A stretch of DNA of 64,000 nt from Candidatus Latescibacterota bacterium (GTDB lineage Bacteria; Latescibacterota; CBDEFO01), in contig CBDEFO010000003.1 in the NCBI GenBank assembly GCA_965237525.1, positions 64,001 through 128,000 of the forward strand. Direction: 5' to 3'. Positions 1 through 9,161 of this stretch are shown here, piece after piece. The position numbers and the translations under genes were made by a program. The notes beneath the pieces were generated by a model. The model worked only from the letters and a program-made list of their open reading frames with translations, had not been told where the DNA came from and ran no database searches. Position 1 is the stretch's first letter, and every line of letters begins with the position of its first letter.

Positions 1-388
1 TGAGCTTATGTTCGAGAGGAAAGATACAAAGGTACGATACCGATCAATTTGGTGGGATGATACAAAATAAGACGGCGGACGTCAATCAAATTGTTCGGTG
101 AAGGGCTCACAACAAAATCCTACTCTTTACAGTGAAGCACATGCCTTGTACCGTAGTTACCACCGCTGGTGTCCAAATAGTGTCCATACCCTGCAAAAAG
201 TGGTTCGGACAAACCAGTTACTTCACCCACAATCGTTCTGTTTATCCGTGCACTAATTTTTCAAAAGAATCGGAGCAGATGCGAGGCAATGTTGACCTTG
301 CATTTCCCACTAGTTTCTACGAGATCTCTACTGTAACAGGCTGGAACATCACAAAGTAACACGAAACAGGAAGGAAAACCCTGAGCAG

Positions 389-434
389 TCTGGCAGACAA
401 TAGGTCAGGGGTTCGATCCCCCTCAGTTCCACCA
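389..434 (+). tRNA. 3' half of tRNA-Ala(GGC); fragment, likely att-site duplication
   Basis: CTGGCAG anticodon loop, then AGGTCAGGGGTTCGATCCCCCTCAGTTCCACCA (T-arm, acceptor 3' strand, CCA). No matching D-arm or 5' acceptor strand upstream. Confidence 0.7.
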
Positions 435-539
435 ATTGACAATGATGACTGAACTTTATACCCCTTTTCGGACACAGATAATATAAGCTGTCCGATCGGG
501 GGGGGTACTTTGCCCCTACGTTTATCAGAACTTACCTTT

Positions 540-790
540 TTATCTACTATTTTTCATCTCGAAATATCCCACGGTCCAGCTTCCCAGGATGCCAAAGATT
601 GTGGTGACTGTGCTACCCAGGGATAGGAGGGGCAGGCCTACAAAGCGTGGCCCACAGTACATCCTCCCGCCAGAGATCCACTAACACCTAAAAAGAGCCC
701 GTCCGTAAACGCCTGCAACGCCTCCTTTCCCGTGATCTCATTGAAGGACATCTTTCTCTTCGCCTTGTGCTACTATATGCCCCGTTTGAG
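540..790 (-). pseudogene. YeeE/YedE (sulfur transport) C-terminal fragment
   Basis: Manual translation FTDGLFLGVSGSLAGGCTVGHAL/GLPLLSLGSTVTTIFGILGSW matches the YeeE GGC motif; frameshifted, no N-terminus. Confidence 0.6.
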
Positions 791-1427
791 TAGTGGCCCT
801 ACCTAGCTGCTGACTACTGGGCGAGTGAACCTAGCTCCTGCATTCTGTATACTCAAAACCGAGATTGCTTCGCTTTTCTCGCAATGACAGATGGCAGAAG
901 GTGTCATTGTGAGGAGGTTCACCCGAGGGGCTCGGCTCTTACCTTTCGTCATTGCTCGTTTGCTGGGAGCTTCACAATTGCCCTCGGTATCCGTTCCGTG
1001 ACGATAGCCAATGGGATGGGTCTTCAAAACCTCTGAGGGTAGCCGGTGAAGCCATATCACTTGAGGCGCCCGGTCACGTGGAAATCCATAACTTACAAGT
1101 CAAGTCAGCGTGAGAGGAACACTTAACTTCTTCCAACGCCTTCTGTCAACTCTGAGCCAGAAATACGGGATCGCGATGGAGCCTCGACGGTTGAGGCTGG
1201 ATTCACCTACCGTGTTTCTTGGTGCTGAGAAACGCAAACACCACTCCGAAGGTTCTATCTATGTTACTTGCTTGGGGTGAGAAATGGTTCGCGGTTACAC
1301 TTCAAGAACTCAGTATAGCGGTCATTCAAGTCACAAAGACCAATACTTCTTCGGGCTCCATCTTGTAGCTTTCAGTGTGATCAACCTCTGCTATTGCTCC
1401 CGTGACACAGTCTCGCTTATCAGGTAT

Positions 1428-1891
1428 TCACTTGTCCATAGATCTGATTCTTGCGGACAGGACTGTTGCTATGTTTGTCATGACTTTAAGTGCGGCCTTC
1501 GGCTCCTCTTGGGCGAATTTGTCGTATTCTTCCTATTGAATATAAGGATCTGGGAGTCCACAGCAGCTTTTGCTTTGCCACTGCGGGCTCGGGTGTCTAC
1601 GAACGCCATATCTCCGAACATATGCCCTTGGTGCATTGAAATCACAAACTTCATGCCTTCGCCTCTATTTATCTGTATGTCCACAACCCCTGATCTAACA
1701 ATAAAGAGGGCGTCATTTAGCTCTCCCTGTTCGAAGACTTTTTCGCCCGCAGTGTATTCCACGTCCCTTGCTAGTCCTGCTAACTTATCCGCTTCTTCAT
1801 CGTTCAGGCCTCGGCCTAAATCTGTGGCTCTCAGAAATTCAGTCATGTCGTTCACATGTACCCCCAGTTTGAAAGAGGAGACTTGTACCAT
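1428..1891 (-). pseudogene. Cyclic nucleotide-binding domain protein, frameshifted near 1530
   Basis: FEQGE..LFIVRSG..FGDMAFVDTRARS CNB motif; the C-terminal helix EEYDKFAQEEPKAALKVMTNIATVLSARIR continues in another frame to the stop at 1428. Confidence 0.75.
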
Positions 1892-2077
1892 TTTCTCATC
1901 TGGGAGGGGAACACCTACTAAACCATCTCCTCAAATTTTGAAAATATTGACCTCCTCACGTGTCCGTCACGCTTCACTACTAAAACTTTCAATATGTTAT
2001 TCAACTGCGATATACAAAAGACTTTTCAAGTTCAAGAGCTAAATCTTACTTTGGTATCCCTATTCTTCAGGCATTAC

Positions 2078-2200
2078 TACATTCTTCCCTCAAGTTGCGA
2101 TAAAGCCCTGACGTTCTAATCTCTTCAGGACTCTGGAGAATATCTTTCTCGTCGTTGCTGACATATTAGCTAGTTCCTGATGGATCGGACGGTTCTATAG
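2078..2200 (-). pseudogene. Crp/Fnr-type HTH fragment
   Basis: Translation RPIHQELANMSATTRKIFSRVLKRLERQGFIAT* resembles Crp HTH (LTHQELANMAGTTRETVSRVL). Confidence 0.6.
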
Positions 2201-2414
2201 CATTATCCCATCTTGAACGCTCACTCGGTGGACACAAGCCAATTGTGTCGGTTCTACTCCGTTCGGCAAGTACGATAATTGTAGCATATATCTCTGCTTC
2301 TATAAATACTACAGCAGTATACAAGAAATCCAGAATACTGTCAAGTCTTTTTTGTCGGAGCAGTATCATTTGAACCGCCGTAATTGACTCTCAATCTTTC
2401 TTTATAAAGATTAT

Positions 2415-2552
2415 GGCAGAACACCGCCACTCGTGCGTGGCGGATGAATACCACTGGAGGAGGAGGGCATCTTCCAAGGGTGAGGTTTGAAGCCCCGCCC
2501 GCGGAGTGCCGATGTCGAGCCGCGCCGTAGGCGGTAGGCGACGTGGTTTCAC
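2415..2552 (+). mobile_element. Non-autonomous IS200/IS605-derived element (PATE-like)
   Basis: TTAT, then hairpin CCGCCAC-TCGTGC-GTGGCGG-ATGAAT (left-end like); GAAGCCCCGCCC...GGTTTCAC (right-end like); no tnpA/tnpB. Confidence 0.45.
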
Positions 2553-3490
2553 TCTGTCACCTGCTTGACGAGTCGGAACTTCTGAATGCGGTTATTCCCC
2601 CAATCTGTTACGTAGACGTTGTCGTCTTTGTCTGTTGCCACATCTGTCGGACGTTCGAACTTTCCGTCGCCGTTCCCCTTCCTTCCCCACTGGAGAAGGA
2701 AGTGTCCATCGCTGCCAAAGACCTGGATGCGGTGATTGTAAAAATCCGCTACGTAGATCCTATCTTCTCCGTCTAAGCCTATACCGGTGGACACGTTGAA
2801 CCTGCCTTCATCTGTTCCGTAACCTCCCCAGCTCGTAAGAAGTTGCCCTTCACGCGTGAACTTGACAATCCTATGATTGTAGGCGTCAGCCACGTAGACA
2901 GTACCGTCAGAACCGACAGCTAGATCGGTGGGGTAATTAAATTGTCCGTCGCCTTCTCCGTGCTCTCCCCATTGACGGACGAATTCGCCATTTCTATCAA
3001 ACTTTTCTATCCTGTAGTTGTAGAAATCAGCTACATAGATATTCCCCTGGCTGTCCACAGATACGCCCGCCGGGGCGTCAAAATAAGTGTCCTCCTCTTG
3101 CCGCCGGCCAATAGTCCCGATAGAACTCCCGGAGGGGTTGAAGACCTGTATCCTGTCGTTGAAATATTCTGCTACATAGAGCTTACTATCCTTCATTTCA
3201 ATATGCATGGGACGCGCAAGCTCTCCACGGGCATTGCCCTCTTTTCCCCATTCGGCTAGGAAATTGCCCAGTATGTCAAACTTTTGAATGCGATTGTTCC
3301 CACTATCGGAGACATAGACACTTCCGACATCGTCAACAGCGATCCCTATAGGGCCCTGGAACTGCCCTGGCATTTCTCCTTCTGTTCCCCATTTCTGGAC
3401 GAAGACGAATTGCAGTTTGTCCTCTTTGGAACAGTAAAGATGGCCTGTCGAAAGGATCAATATTATCAGCGACAAGATTGGTTGTCTCAT
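2549..3490 (-). CDS. Secreted/lipoprotein NHL-repeat 6-bladed beta-propeller
   Basis: Signal peptide plus six repeats of P.GIAVD..G.VYV.D..N.RIQKF. Confidence 0.9.
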   Translation of the reverse strand: MRQPILSLIILILSTGHLYCSKEDKLQFVFVQKWGTEGEMPGQFQGPIGIAVDDVGSVYVSDSGNNRIQKFDILGNFLAEWGKEGNARGELARPMHIEMKDSKLYVAEYFNDRIQVFNPSGSSIGTIGRRQEEDTYFDAPAGVSVDSQGNIYVADFYNYRIEKFDRNGEFVRQWGEHGEGDGQFNYPTDLAVGSDGTVYVADAYNHRIVKFTREGQLLTSWGGYGTDEGRFNVSTGIGLDGEDRIYVADFYNHRIQVFGSDGHFLLQWGRKGNGDGKFERPTDVATDKDDNVYVTDWGNNRIQKFRLVKQVTE

Positions 3491-3503
3491 ATTTTCCCTC
3501 TTG

Positions 3504-3782
3504 TCAAAGTATCCTCGGCAACCACATGACGATCACCAAGGCGGTGGAGACCCATACTACAAGCACGCTCAGTCTGTGCCCGTGCCGCTTTACGTACACC
3601 AGATAGTGCGCTCTTGCCAAAAGCAGGACAGACAGAGTAAGCAAGAAAGGATAAAACTTTATCGCAAGGAACCTTGCAGTAGCTACCCCTGCTAACCCGA
3701 GCAGGGCAAAGATCGCCGGGACTATTCAACACCAGGGCAGTGCCGCAAGAAGGGCCATCAGGCTCGATGCCTTTGTCTTCAT
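3504..3782 (-). CDS. MerT-like heavy-metal membrane transporter with in-frame UGA (candidate selenocysteine, CU motif), 92 aa
   Basis: MKTKASSLMALLAALPWC[TGA 3726-3728]IVPAIFALLGLAG...LPRIL*; three hydrophobic segments; UGA at the second Cys of the MerT CC pair; fills the operon gap; not in the ORF track. Confidence 0.75.
3687..3706 (-). promoter_or_regulatory. Putative bacterial SECIS hairpin
   Basis: mRNA CCCUGCU-CGGGUU-AGCAGGG, 7-bp perfect stem starting 20 nt after the UGA, G at loop position 2. Confidence 0.6.
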
Positions 3783-3794
3783 TGTTCTAATACC

Positions 3795-4334
3795 TTACTT
3801 AGTAGCAGAGGACAACATCTTAAACTGTCCAATAGACAGGACATAAGGATGCCCCGCATGGCCTTCGACTTTTTCCTTGGAGAGCGTGCCAGTTATCCGA
3901 AGGAGCTTGTCCTCGCCTTTGAGCGCCTCTTTGACCTTCTTCAACTGCTCGTTCTGAGCGATCAGAAAGACGTTCGCGTTCTTTGCAAACTTTAAAACTG
4001 TTCTGCCATTATGCTCGGATATACGGCCTTTAACCGTAATCGCGATGTCTCTTGGGGTAAAGCCGCCGTCCACCACAGCCTTCTTTACATCTTCGATGGA
4101 GAGGTTCTTTTTCTCCTTCACAGTCAGTTTGGCTACTCCCTGATCCACTTTGATCTCTAACTTCTCAACCCCTTCTACTCTCTTGAGCTTCTTCTCCAAG
4201 CCGTAGGCGCAAAAAGGGCACGAAAGACCGTCCACCTTAACTGTAGCCTCTTCTATCTGAGCCGGACTCTCCACAGGTACAGCCGACACAATAATAACTG
4301 AGAGCAACAAAGAAAGAATTCTTTTTATCGTCAT
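3795..4334 (-). CDS. Periplasmic heavy-metal-associated (HMA/MerP-like) domain protein
   Basis: Signal peptide, VDGLSCPFC metal motif, C-terminal extension. Confidence 0.85.
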   Translation of the reverse strand: MTIKRILSLLLSVIIVSAVPVESPAQIEEATVKVDGLSCPFCAYGLEKKLKRVEGVEKLEIKVDQGVAKLTVKEKKNLSIEDVKKAVVDGGFTPRDIAITVKGRISEHNGRTVLKFAKNANVFLIAQNEQLKKVKEALKGEDKLLRITGTLSKEKVEGHAGHPYVLSIGQFKMLSSATK

Positions 4335-4384
4335 CTTGAAACGACCTCCTTTTAACTTTACAGGTTAATATTGAGACTTTAGGA

Positions 4385-5330
4385 CTAAAAGATCAGCCAT
4401 CGAATCCCGCTTACAAAGGCAAAGTCCCTCCCAAGTTGGGTGCCGTTCAGGTCCTGGAGCAGGGGGATCTGTATCGATGTATCGATGATTAATGTGCTCA
4501 GAGGGATGTATTGTATCCCGGGAGAGAGACAAAATGTGTCCGCCGGAGTCCTCGACTGTCTGTCCACTTGCCTCGTTCCTCCGGTTGAACTGCCCGTTTG
4601 CCTCTAAATAAAGAGTGGCACAAGACGATGGATAGGTCTCATAGACCGAAGGATATATTCTGTATCCGACCGCAAGATCGTAATTTAAAGCATCTCCGAA
4701 TCTGTATTCGTCCTCCTCCCTTTTGAATGTGTAGATGGCGTCTGTGTTGATCCCGAGTCTTCCTACGCTGTGGGTTAAGATAAGTCCGGCTGAGTAATCT
4801 ATGGAGCCTGTTCCCAATTGTAGCCCTCTGGGTAGAGGTTCGCCCAACTCATCGATCTCGTCGTGGTCTCCGATGGGAAGTTTCAGTCCTCCCTTAAACG
4901 TAATTCTGGTCGTCTTTCGATGAGCGTCCCGTTGAAGGAGTTGATATTTGAATAAGAGAGAAAGATCCCCAAAGCCGCTGTCAGACAGAGTGCGTCTTAT
5001 CCCGCCCTGAACGAGACTCATCTCCTTATCCAGATACGGGATCGCTGCGGCGACTACCATTCTGTTTGGAATCAATTCGTAGGGAATTATAATAGGAACA
5101 GCCACAACTTGTACCTCACGGTCCAAAGGATCAGAGACTTTCGTACTACCCTTTAAGAGCTTCGATTTCTTTGTCGTTTTAACGAACGTCCTGAGCGCAG
5201 CACCCTGGAGGCCGACCACGAACGCTGTCTCAGTGTTGATCGGTGGCCCCTGAGCAAATGTCCCATTTGGATAAACCATATGAAGAACAACAGAGCACAT
5301 AACAGATAACAAAACGATGTATCTTCTCAT
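4385..5330 (-). CDS. Outer-membrane beta-barrel transporter (MetA/phenol-degradation-like), frameshift near 4520
   Basis: Signal peptide; GFGDLSL and QLGTGSID motifs; the true C-terminus SPGIQY...GIRWLIF lies in ORF 4385..4567. Confidence 0.7.
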
Positions 5331-5376
5331 AGACACCTCCTTCCTAAGATTACTCCTAAGACCCTCTGACATTTCG

Positions 5377-5673
5377 TTATCTTGCGAACTTATAGATGAT
5401 GTCCATCAATTGGTCGTATATTCTATCAGCCTCTTGGCTGTCTTGCGACCTGATGGAATTGGTGACACAATTTTCCAGGTAGTTTCTCATCATAATCTTT
5501 CCCACCTGCTTTAGACCCTCCTCTGCCGCTGCTATTTGGGTCAGTACCTCCACGCAAGGGCGCTCCTTTTCTATCATGCCCTGTAATCCTCTCATCTGGC
5601 CTTCAATAGATTTAAGGCGTCTGACTGTCTGGTCCTTGCGATCTTGTGAGATTAGCTTGATTTCTACGATCAT
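5377..5673 (-). CDS. CsoR/RcnR/CstR-family metal- or sulfur-sensing repressor
   Basis: RLKSIEGQMRGLQGMIEKERPCVEVLTQIAA...YLENCV. Confidence 0.9.
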   Translation of the reverse strand: MIVEIKLISQDRKDQTVRRLKSIEGQMRGLQGMIEKERPCVEVLTQIAAAEEGLKQVGKIMMRNYLENCVTNSIRSQDSQEADRIYDQLMDIIYKFAR

Positions 5674-5689
5674 CTTGTCTCCTTTCGTT

Positions 5690-5746
5690 TACACCCCCAC
5701 CCCCTGAGGGTATATAGAATATAAGAAACAACTTTAGCGATGTCAA
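5690..5746 (-). promoter_or_regulatory. Sigma-70 promoter with CsoR-type operator
   Basis: TTGACA-17-TATATT, followed by TATACCCTCAGGGGGTGGGGGTGTA (TAC/G-tract/GTA). Confidence 0.7.
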
Positions 5747-6425
5747 GAAAGATTTTCACGTTAACTCCAAAATAGTGATCATCTGAGTTCCTGTGATCTT
5801 TGGACTCTTACAATGTATCAGGTCAAAACAGTCTGCACAAAATTGTAGAGATCCAAAAGGCAGCCAACATACAGGGAGATGAATCCAATTGAGAATGCCT
5901 CGCTGTTCCCCACAAGAAGAAGTCGCGAAGCGGGACCAATCGCACCTTTCCACCGACTTAGCATGTACGAAAAGTTTTGTCAAATTACTTAATAAAATCA
6001 AAATTGTAGTGAAGCGATATATCCTGATTGCGGTAAGACAATGTCGTCTCGGAGGGTTTTCCTCCCCCGAGCTGTGGCTGATCAGGCTCCCCTACCGTAA
6101 GGCTCATTGACGATCTCTTCTGTTTTGCACACTCGTTTGGCTTGACATTCTGGGGTGAGTATCGTATATTACGGGTGAATATTATCCCCTAAAGTCCTTG
6201 TTGCTTGCTGCCCCCGCGGCGGCCCATGCTCCGCGCTTTTCTTTTTAGACGAAGGTAGATATAGCGATTTAGCTTTCTAGATAGCGACCTCATTCCTTCA
6301 ATCGGGAGGGGTAAAATCCATCTTATGACGGTAGAAAGCTGATGCGTTTCGAGACGTGGAGTTGAGGAGAGGATCTCGAATACGTTGCGCGGTAGGGATG
6401 ATCGTTCTTATAGATCCTTAGTAGC

Positions 6426-7076
6426 TTGCCACGTCTGGGTGTGTATATGGACAGGGAGAACACCAGAAAGCGTCACGAGAAGGCCCGTGAAAGAGAAATC
6501 CTGGTGGGTTACGAGATTTCGCGGGAAACTCCAAAGCCGGGCACACCCCTCGAAGAGCGGATAGTCGAATTTATCCAGAAAAAGCGGAAAACAGGGCATT
6601 GCTACATCACATCAGCTAGATATGTTCTGAACGGGTGGATATTCATCGGGCTCTGTCTATGTGTGTTGCTGCTCATCACCTTCTTTTCGGGATTTGGACG
6701 AGCGGTAGTCCTATTCGGGATCGTTACGTCGGTGCTATTCTTCTATTCTCTCCGTAAGCACAGCGGCTTGAGGGCTGCATTCTGGCTCTTATCTTTCCTG
6801 CCGGGCATATGTGTTTTAGCATACTACGGATCTGTGTGGTCGACGGAGCGGTTGCTGACGGCAACCCTTGGCCCAGGGGGCAAAGGTCCGACTATGGAAG
6901 CGTGGCGCCAGATGGCTACGCAGTTGCTCCTGCCGAAGGTGATTCCCATCGACCGTTTGGTGCCGGTATGGCTGGGATACCTGACAGGGGCCGGCGCTCT
7001 GATGGGCTTGTGGATTGGTGTCCGGCTGGTCCGCTACGGTGCGTCGCTGCAACAGGCGGGTTCCGCGCGCAGATAA
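6426..7076 (+). CDS. Hypothetical integral membrane protein
   Basis: About four hydrophobic segments; likely start ATG near 6447. Confidence 0.6.
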   Translation: MPRLGVYMDRENTRKRHEKAREREILVGYEISRETPKPGTPLEERIVEFIQKKRKTGHCYITSARYVLNGWIFIGLCLCVLLLITFFSGFGRAVVLFGIVTSVLFFYSLRKHSGLRAAFWLLSFLPGICVLAYYGSVWSTERLLTATLGPGGKGPTMEAWRQMATQLLLPKVIPIDRLVPVWLGYLTGAGALMGLWIGVRLVRYGASLQQAGSARR

Positions 7077-7095
7077 AAAAGGAAAGTGGGTGTAT

Positions 7096-7965
7096 ATGCA
7101 GATTATGCGGTCTTGGATGTTCGTGCCCGGGAATCGGAGTAGGATGATCGATAAGGCTCTCGGCCTGAAGCTGGATGTCGCGATCTTTGATCTGGAGGAT
7201 GGTGTGCCGCCAGCCGAGAAGGATGCCGCCCGGGATCTGGTGGCTGCGGCCCTTGGGCGTCCTCTAGGCGGGCCGTCCCGCTATGTCCGCATCCACGCCG
7301 CCCGGAGCGCTGAGATGGATGCGGATCTGCAGACCGCCGTTAGACCCGGGTTGGATGGATTGACATTGTCGAAGGTGGGATGTCCCGAAGACGTGGTTGC
7401 GGTTGACGCGACTCTGAGAGAACGGGAATCCAGGTCCGGACTCCAACCTGGAAGCGTTCGACTGCTGGCTACAATTGAAAGTGCCCGCGGGCTCATTCAG
7501 GCGTCCGCTATCGCGGCCTCCTGTCCGCGACTGGTCGGGCTGATGTTTGGAGCGGAAGATTTCGCCCTGGATCTGGGGATTTTTGCCCTCCGGGATGGTG
7601 AAGCCACAGATATGGTCTACGCCCGCTCGGCCCTCGTCGTCGCGGCGGTCAGCCAGCGACTTCAGGTTGTGGACAGGATATACGCGAATATCCAGAATCC
7701 CGACGGGCTCCTTGCGGATGGGCGCCGGGCCCGCCAGCTCGGCTTTACGGGCAAAGCTCTGATTCACCCGAGCCAGATCGAGGCCGTTCACGATGTCTTC
7801 TCTCCGACCGCCGATGAGGTGGAATACGCCCAACGTGTGGTGGAGGCCTTCGCGAAGGCGGAGGCCGCAGGACAAGGGGCGATCGTGGTGGAAGGCCAGA
7901 TGGTCGATCTGCCGATCGTGGAGAGGGCCCGACGAGTTCTCAGATTGCACGAGATGATGAGATGA
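7096..7965 (+). CDS. CitE/malyl-CoA-type acyl-CoA lyase (HpcH/HpaI fold)
   Basis: RSWMFVPG, DLEDGV, FGAEDF, GKALIHPSQ, MVDLP motifs. Confidence 0.9.
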   Translation: MQIMRSWMFVPGNRSRMIDKALGLKLDVAIFDLEDGVPPAEKDAARDLVAAALGRPLGGPSRYVRIHAARSAEMDADLQTAVRPGLDGLTLSKVGCPEDVVAVDATLRERESRSGLQPGSVRLLATIESARGLIQASAIAASCPRLVGLMFGAEDFALDLGIFALRDGEATDMVYARSALVVAAVSQRLQVVDRIYANIQNPDGLLADGRRARQLGFTGKALIHPSQIEAVHDVFSPTADEVEYAQRVVEAFAKAEAAGQGAIVVEGQMVDLPIVERARRVLRLHEMMR

Positions 7966-9161
7966 GACTGCTCGAACATCAAAGCAGGAAACTGCTCTCA
8001 AGCTTCGGTCTGGTCTTCACCGAACAGAAGGTGATCGAATCCCTTCAGGAGGCGCAGGCGGCCGTCGAGGGCGTCGGGCTGCCCGCCGTTCTCAAAGCGC
8101 AGGTGCCTTTCGGCGGACGCGGTAAAGCCGGGGCGGTGAAGTTCGCGGAGACCTTGGACGAAGTCGAAGCCGGAGCCGGGGAGCTGCTTAGAATGGAATT
8201 GCGCGGCACCAGGGTGGGGAGGGTTTCGATTGAACCCAAGCTGGATTTTGATCAGGAGTTCTACGTCGGCATCGCCTGGGACACGGTAGAAAAGCTGCCC
8301 CTTGCCCTGTTGAGTCCCAGCGGCGGGGTCGATGTCGAATCCTCCCAGACAGATCGTCTTGTACGCCGTTCGTTTCATCCGTGGAGGGGGCTTGCGCCGT
8401 ATGAAGGACGAGGGATGGCGTCCCAACTCGGCCTGAGGGGGAAAACGCTCGTCCGGTTGGGAGAGGTCCTCGCAACGCTGTCCGAAGCCTTCCTGGCATG
8501 CGATGCGGTCACTATGGAGATTAATCCTCTGGTTATTGCCGAAAATGGCGCTTCGGTGGGCCTCGATGCGCACGTGGAAATTGAGGACGACGCTGCATAT
8601 CGGCAGAATAAAAGATTAGAACCGTTAGGTGATCTGACGCAGAGCGCAACGGGCCACCCTCCAACGCCTCTGGAGCTTGAGGCACAGCGTATCGATGCAA
8701 TGGATCACCGAGGTGTTGCGGGCCGCCTTGTGGAATTTGACGGCGACTTGGCCCTGCTTATCGGTGGGGGCGGCGCCAGTCTGACCGTTTTCGACGCGAT
8801 CAAGCTCTATGGGGGGAGACCCGCCAACTACTGCGAGGTGGGGGGAAACCCGACTGAGGAGAAGGTGGCCGCTTTAAGTGCGCTTTTATTATCCAAACCA
8901 GAAGTTAAGCGGATGGCCGTTATTATGAATGTGGTCAACAACACTCGTTCAGACGTCATGGCCCGCGGGGTTCTCATGGGAATTGAGAGGGCGGGGAGAA
9001 ACCCTTCCGATACCATCAGCGTCTTTCGCGTCCCCGGCTCGTGGGAACAGGAGGCGCGGGAGATCATGGCCACGGCTGGGGTCGAGGCGCAGGGGCGCGA
9101 CGTATCGTTGAATGAGGCCGCCAGATTGGCCGTAGAAGGAAATATGGCTCATGTTGCTTGA
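7962..9161 (+). CDS. ATP-grasp CoA ligase beta subunit (SucC/ACL-like)
   Basis: KAQVPFGGRGKAG, EINPL, GGGGAS, PANYCEVGGNP. Confidence 0.85.
   Translation: MRLLEHQSRKLLSSFGLVFTEQKVIESLQEAQAAVEGVGLPAVLKAQVPFGGRGKAGAVKFAETLDEVEAGAGELLRMELRGTRVGRVSIEPKLDFDQEFYVGIAWDTVEKLPLALLSPSGGVDVESSQTDRLVRRSFHPWRGLAPYEGRGMASQLGLRGKTLVRLGEVLATLSEAFLACDAVTMEINPLVIAENGASVGLDAHVEIEDDAAYRQNKRLEPLGDLTQSATGHPPTPLELEAQRIDAMDHRGVAGRLVEFDGDLALLIGGGGASLTVFDAIKLYGGRPANYCEVGGNPTEEKVAALSALLLSKPEVKRMAVIMNVVNNTRSDVMARGVLMGIERAGRNPSDTISVFRVPGSWEQEAREIMATAGVEAQGRDVSLNEAARLAVEGNMAHVA

Noticed and set aside
862..912. CTCGCAATGAC..GTCATTG(C/T)GA hairpins (also about 49907, 56321, 59480) as ncRNA genes
   Set aside because: They match a common intergenic REP-like repeat; no evidence of a specific RNA.
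1284..2042. 252-aa plus-strand ORF, and similar antisense ORFs (7264..8001, 34912..35523, 40222..40818, 58335..59048)
   Set aside because: Antisense shadows of well-supported genes or pseudogenes.
3487..3732. 81-aa ORF from the track
   Set aside because: Alternative frame of the MerT-like gene, with no recognisable features.
4500..4540. Programmed frameshifting in the OM barrel gene
   Set aside because: No slippery heptamer; a single-base indel is better explained by sequencing error or mutation, as with other frameshifts in this window.
6043..6250. Hairpins resembling a TPP riboswitch or leader attenuator
   Set aside because: Lack the conserved CUGAGA/ACCUGA core, and there is no convincing leader peptide.
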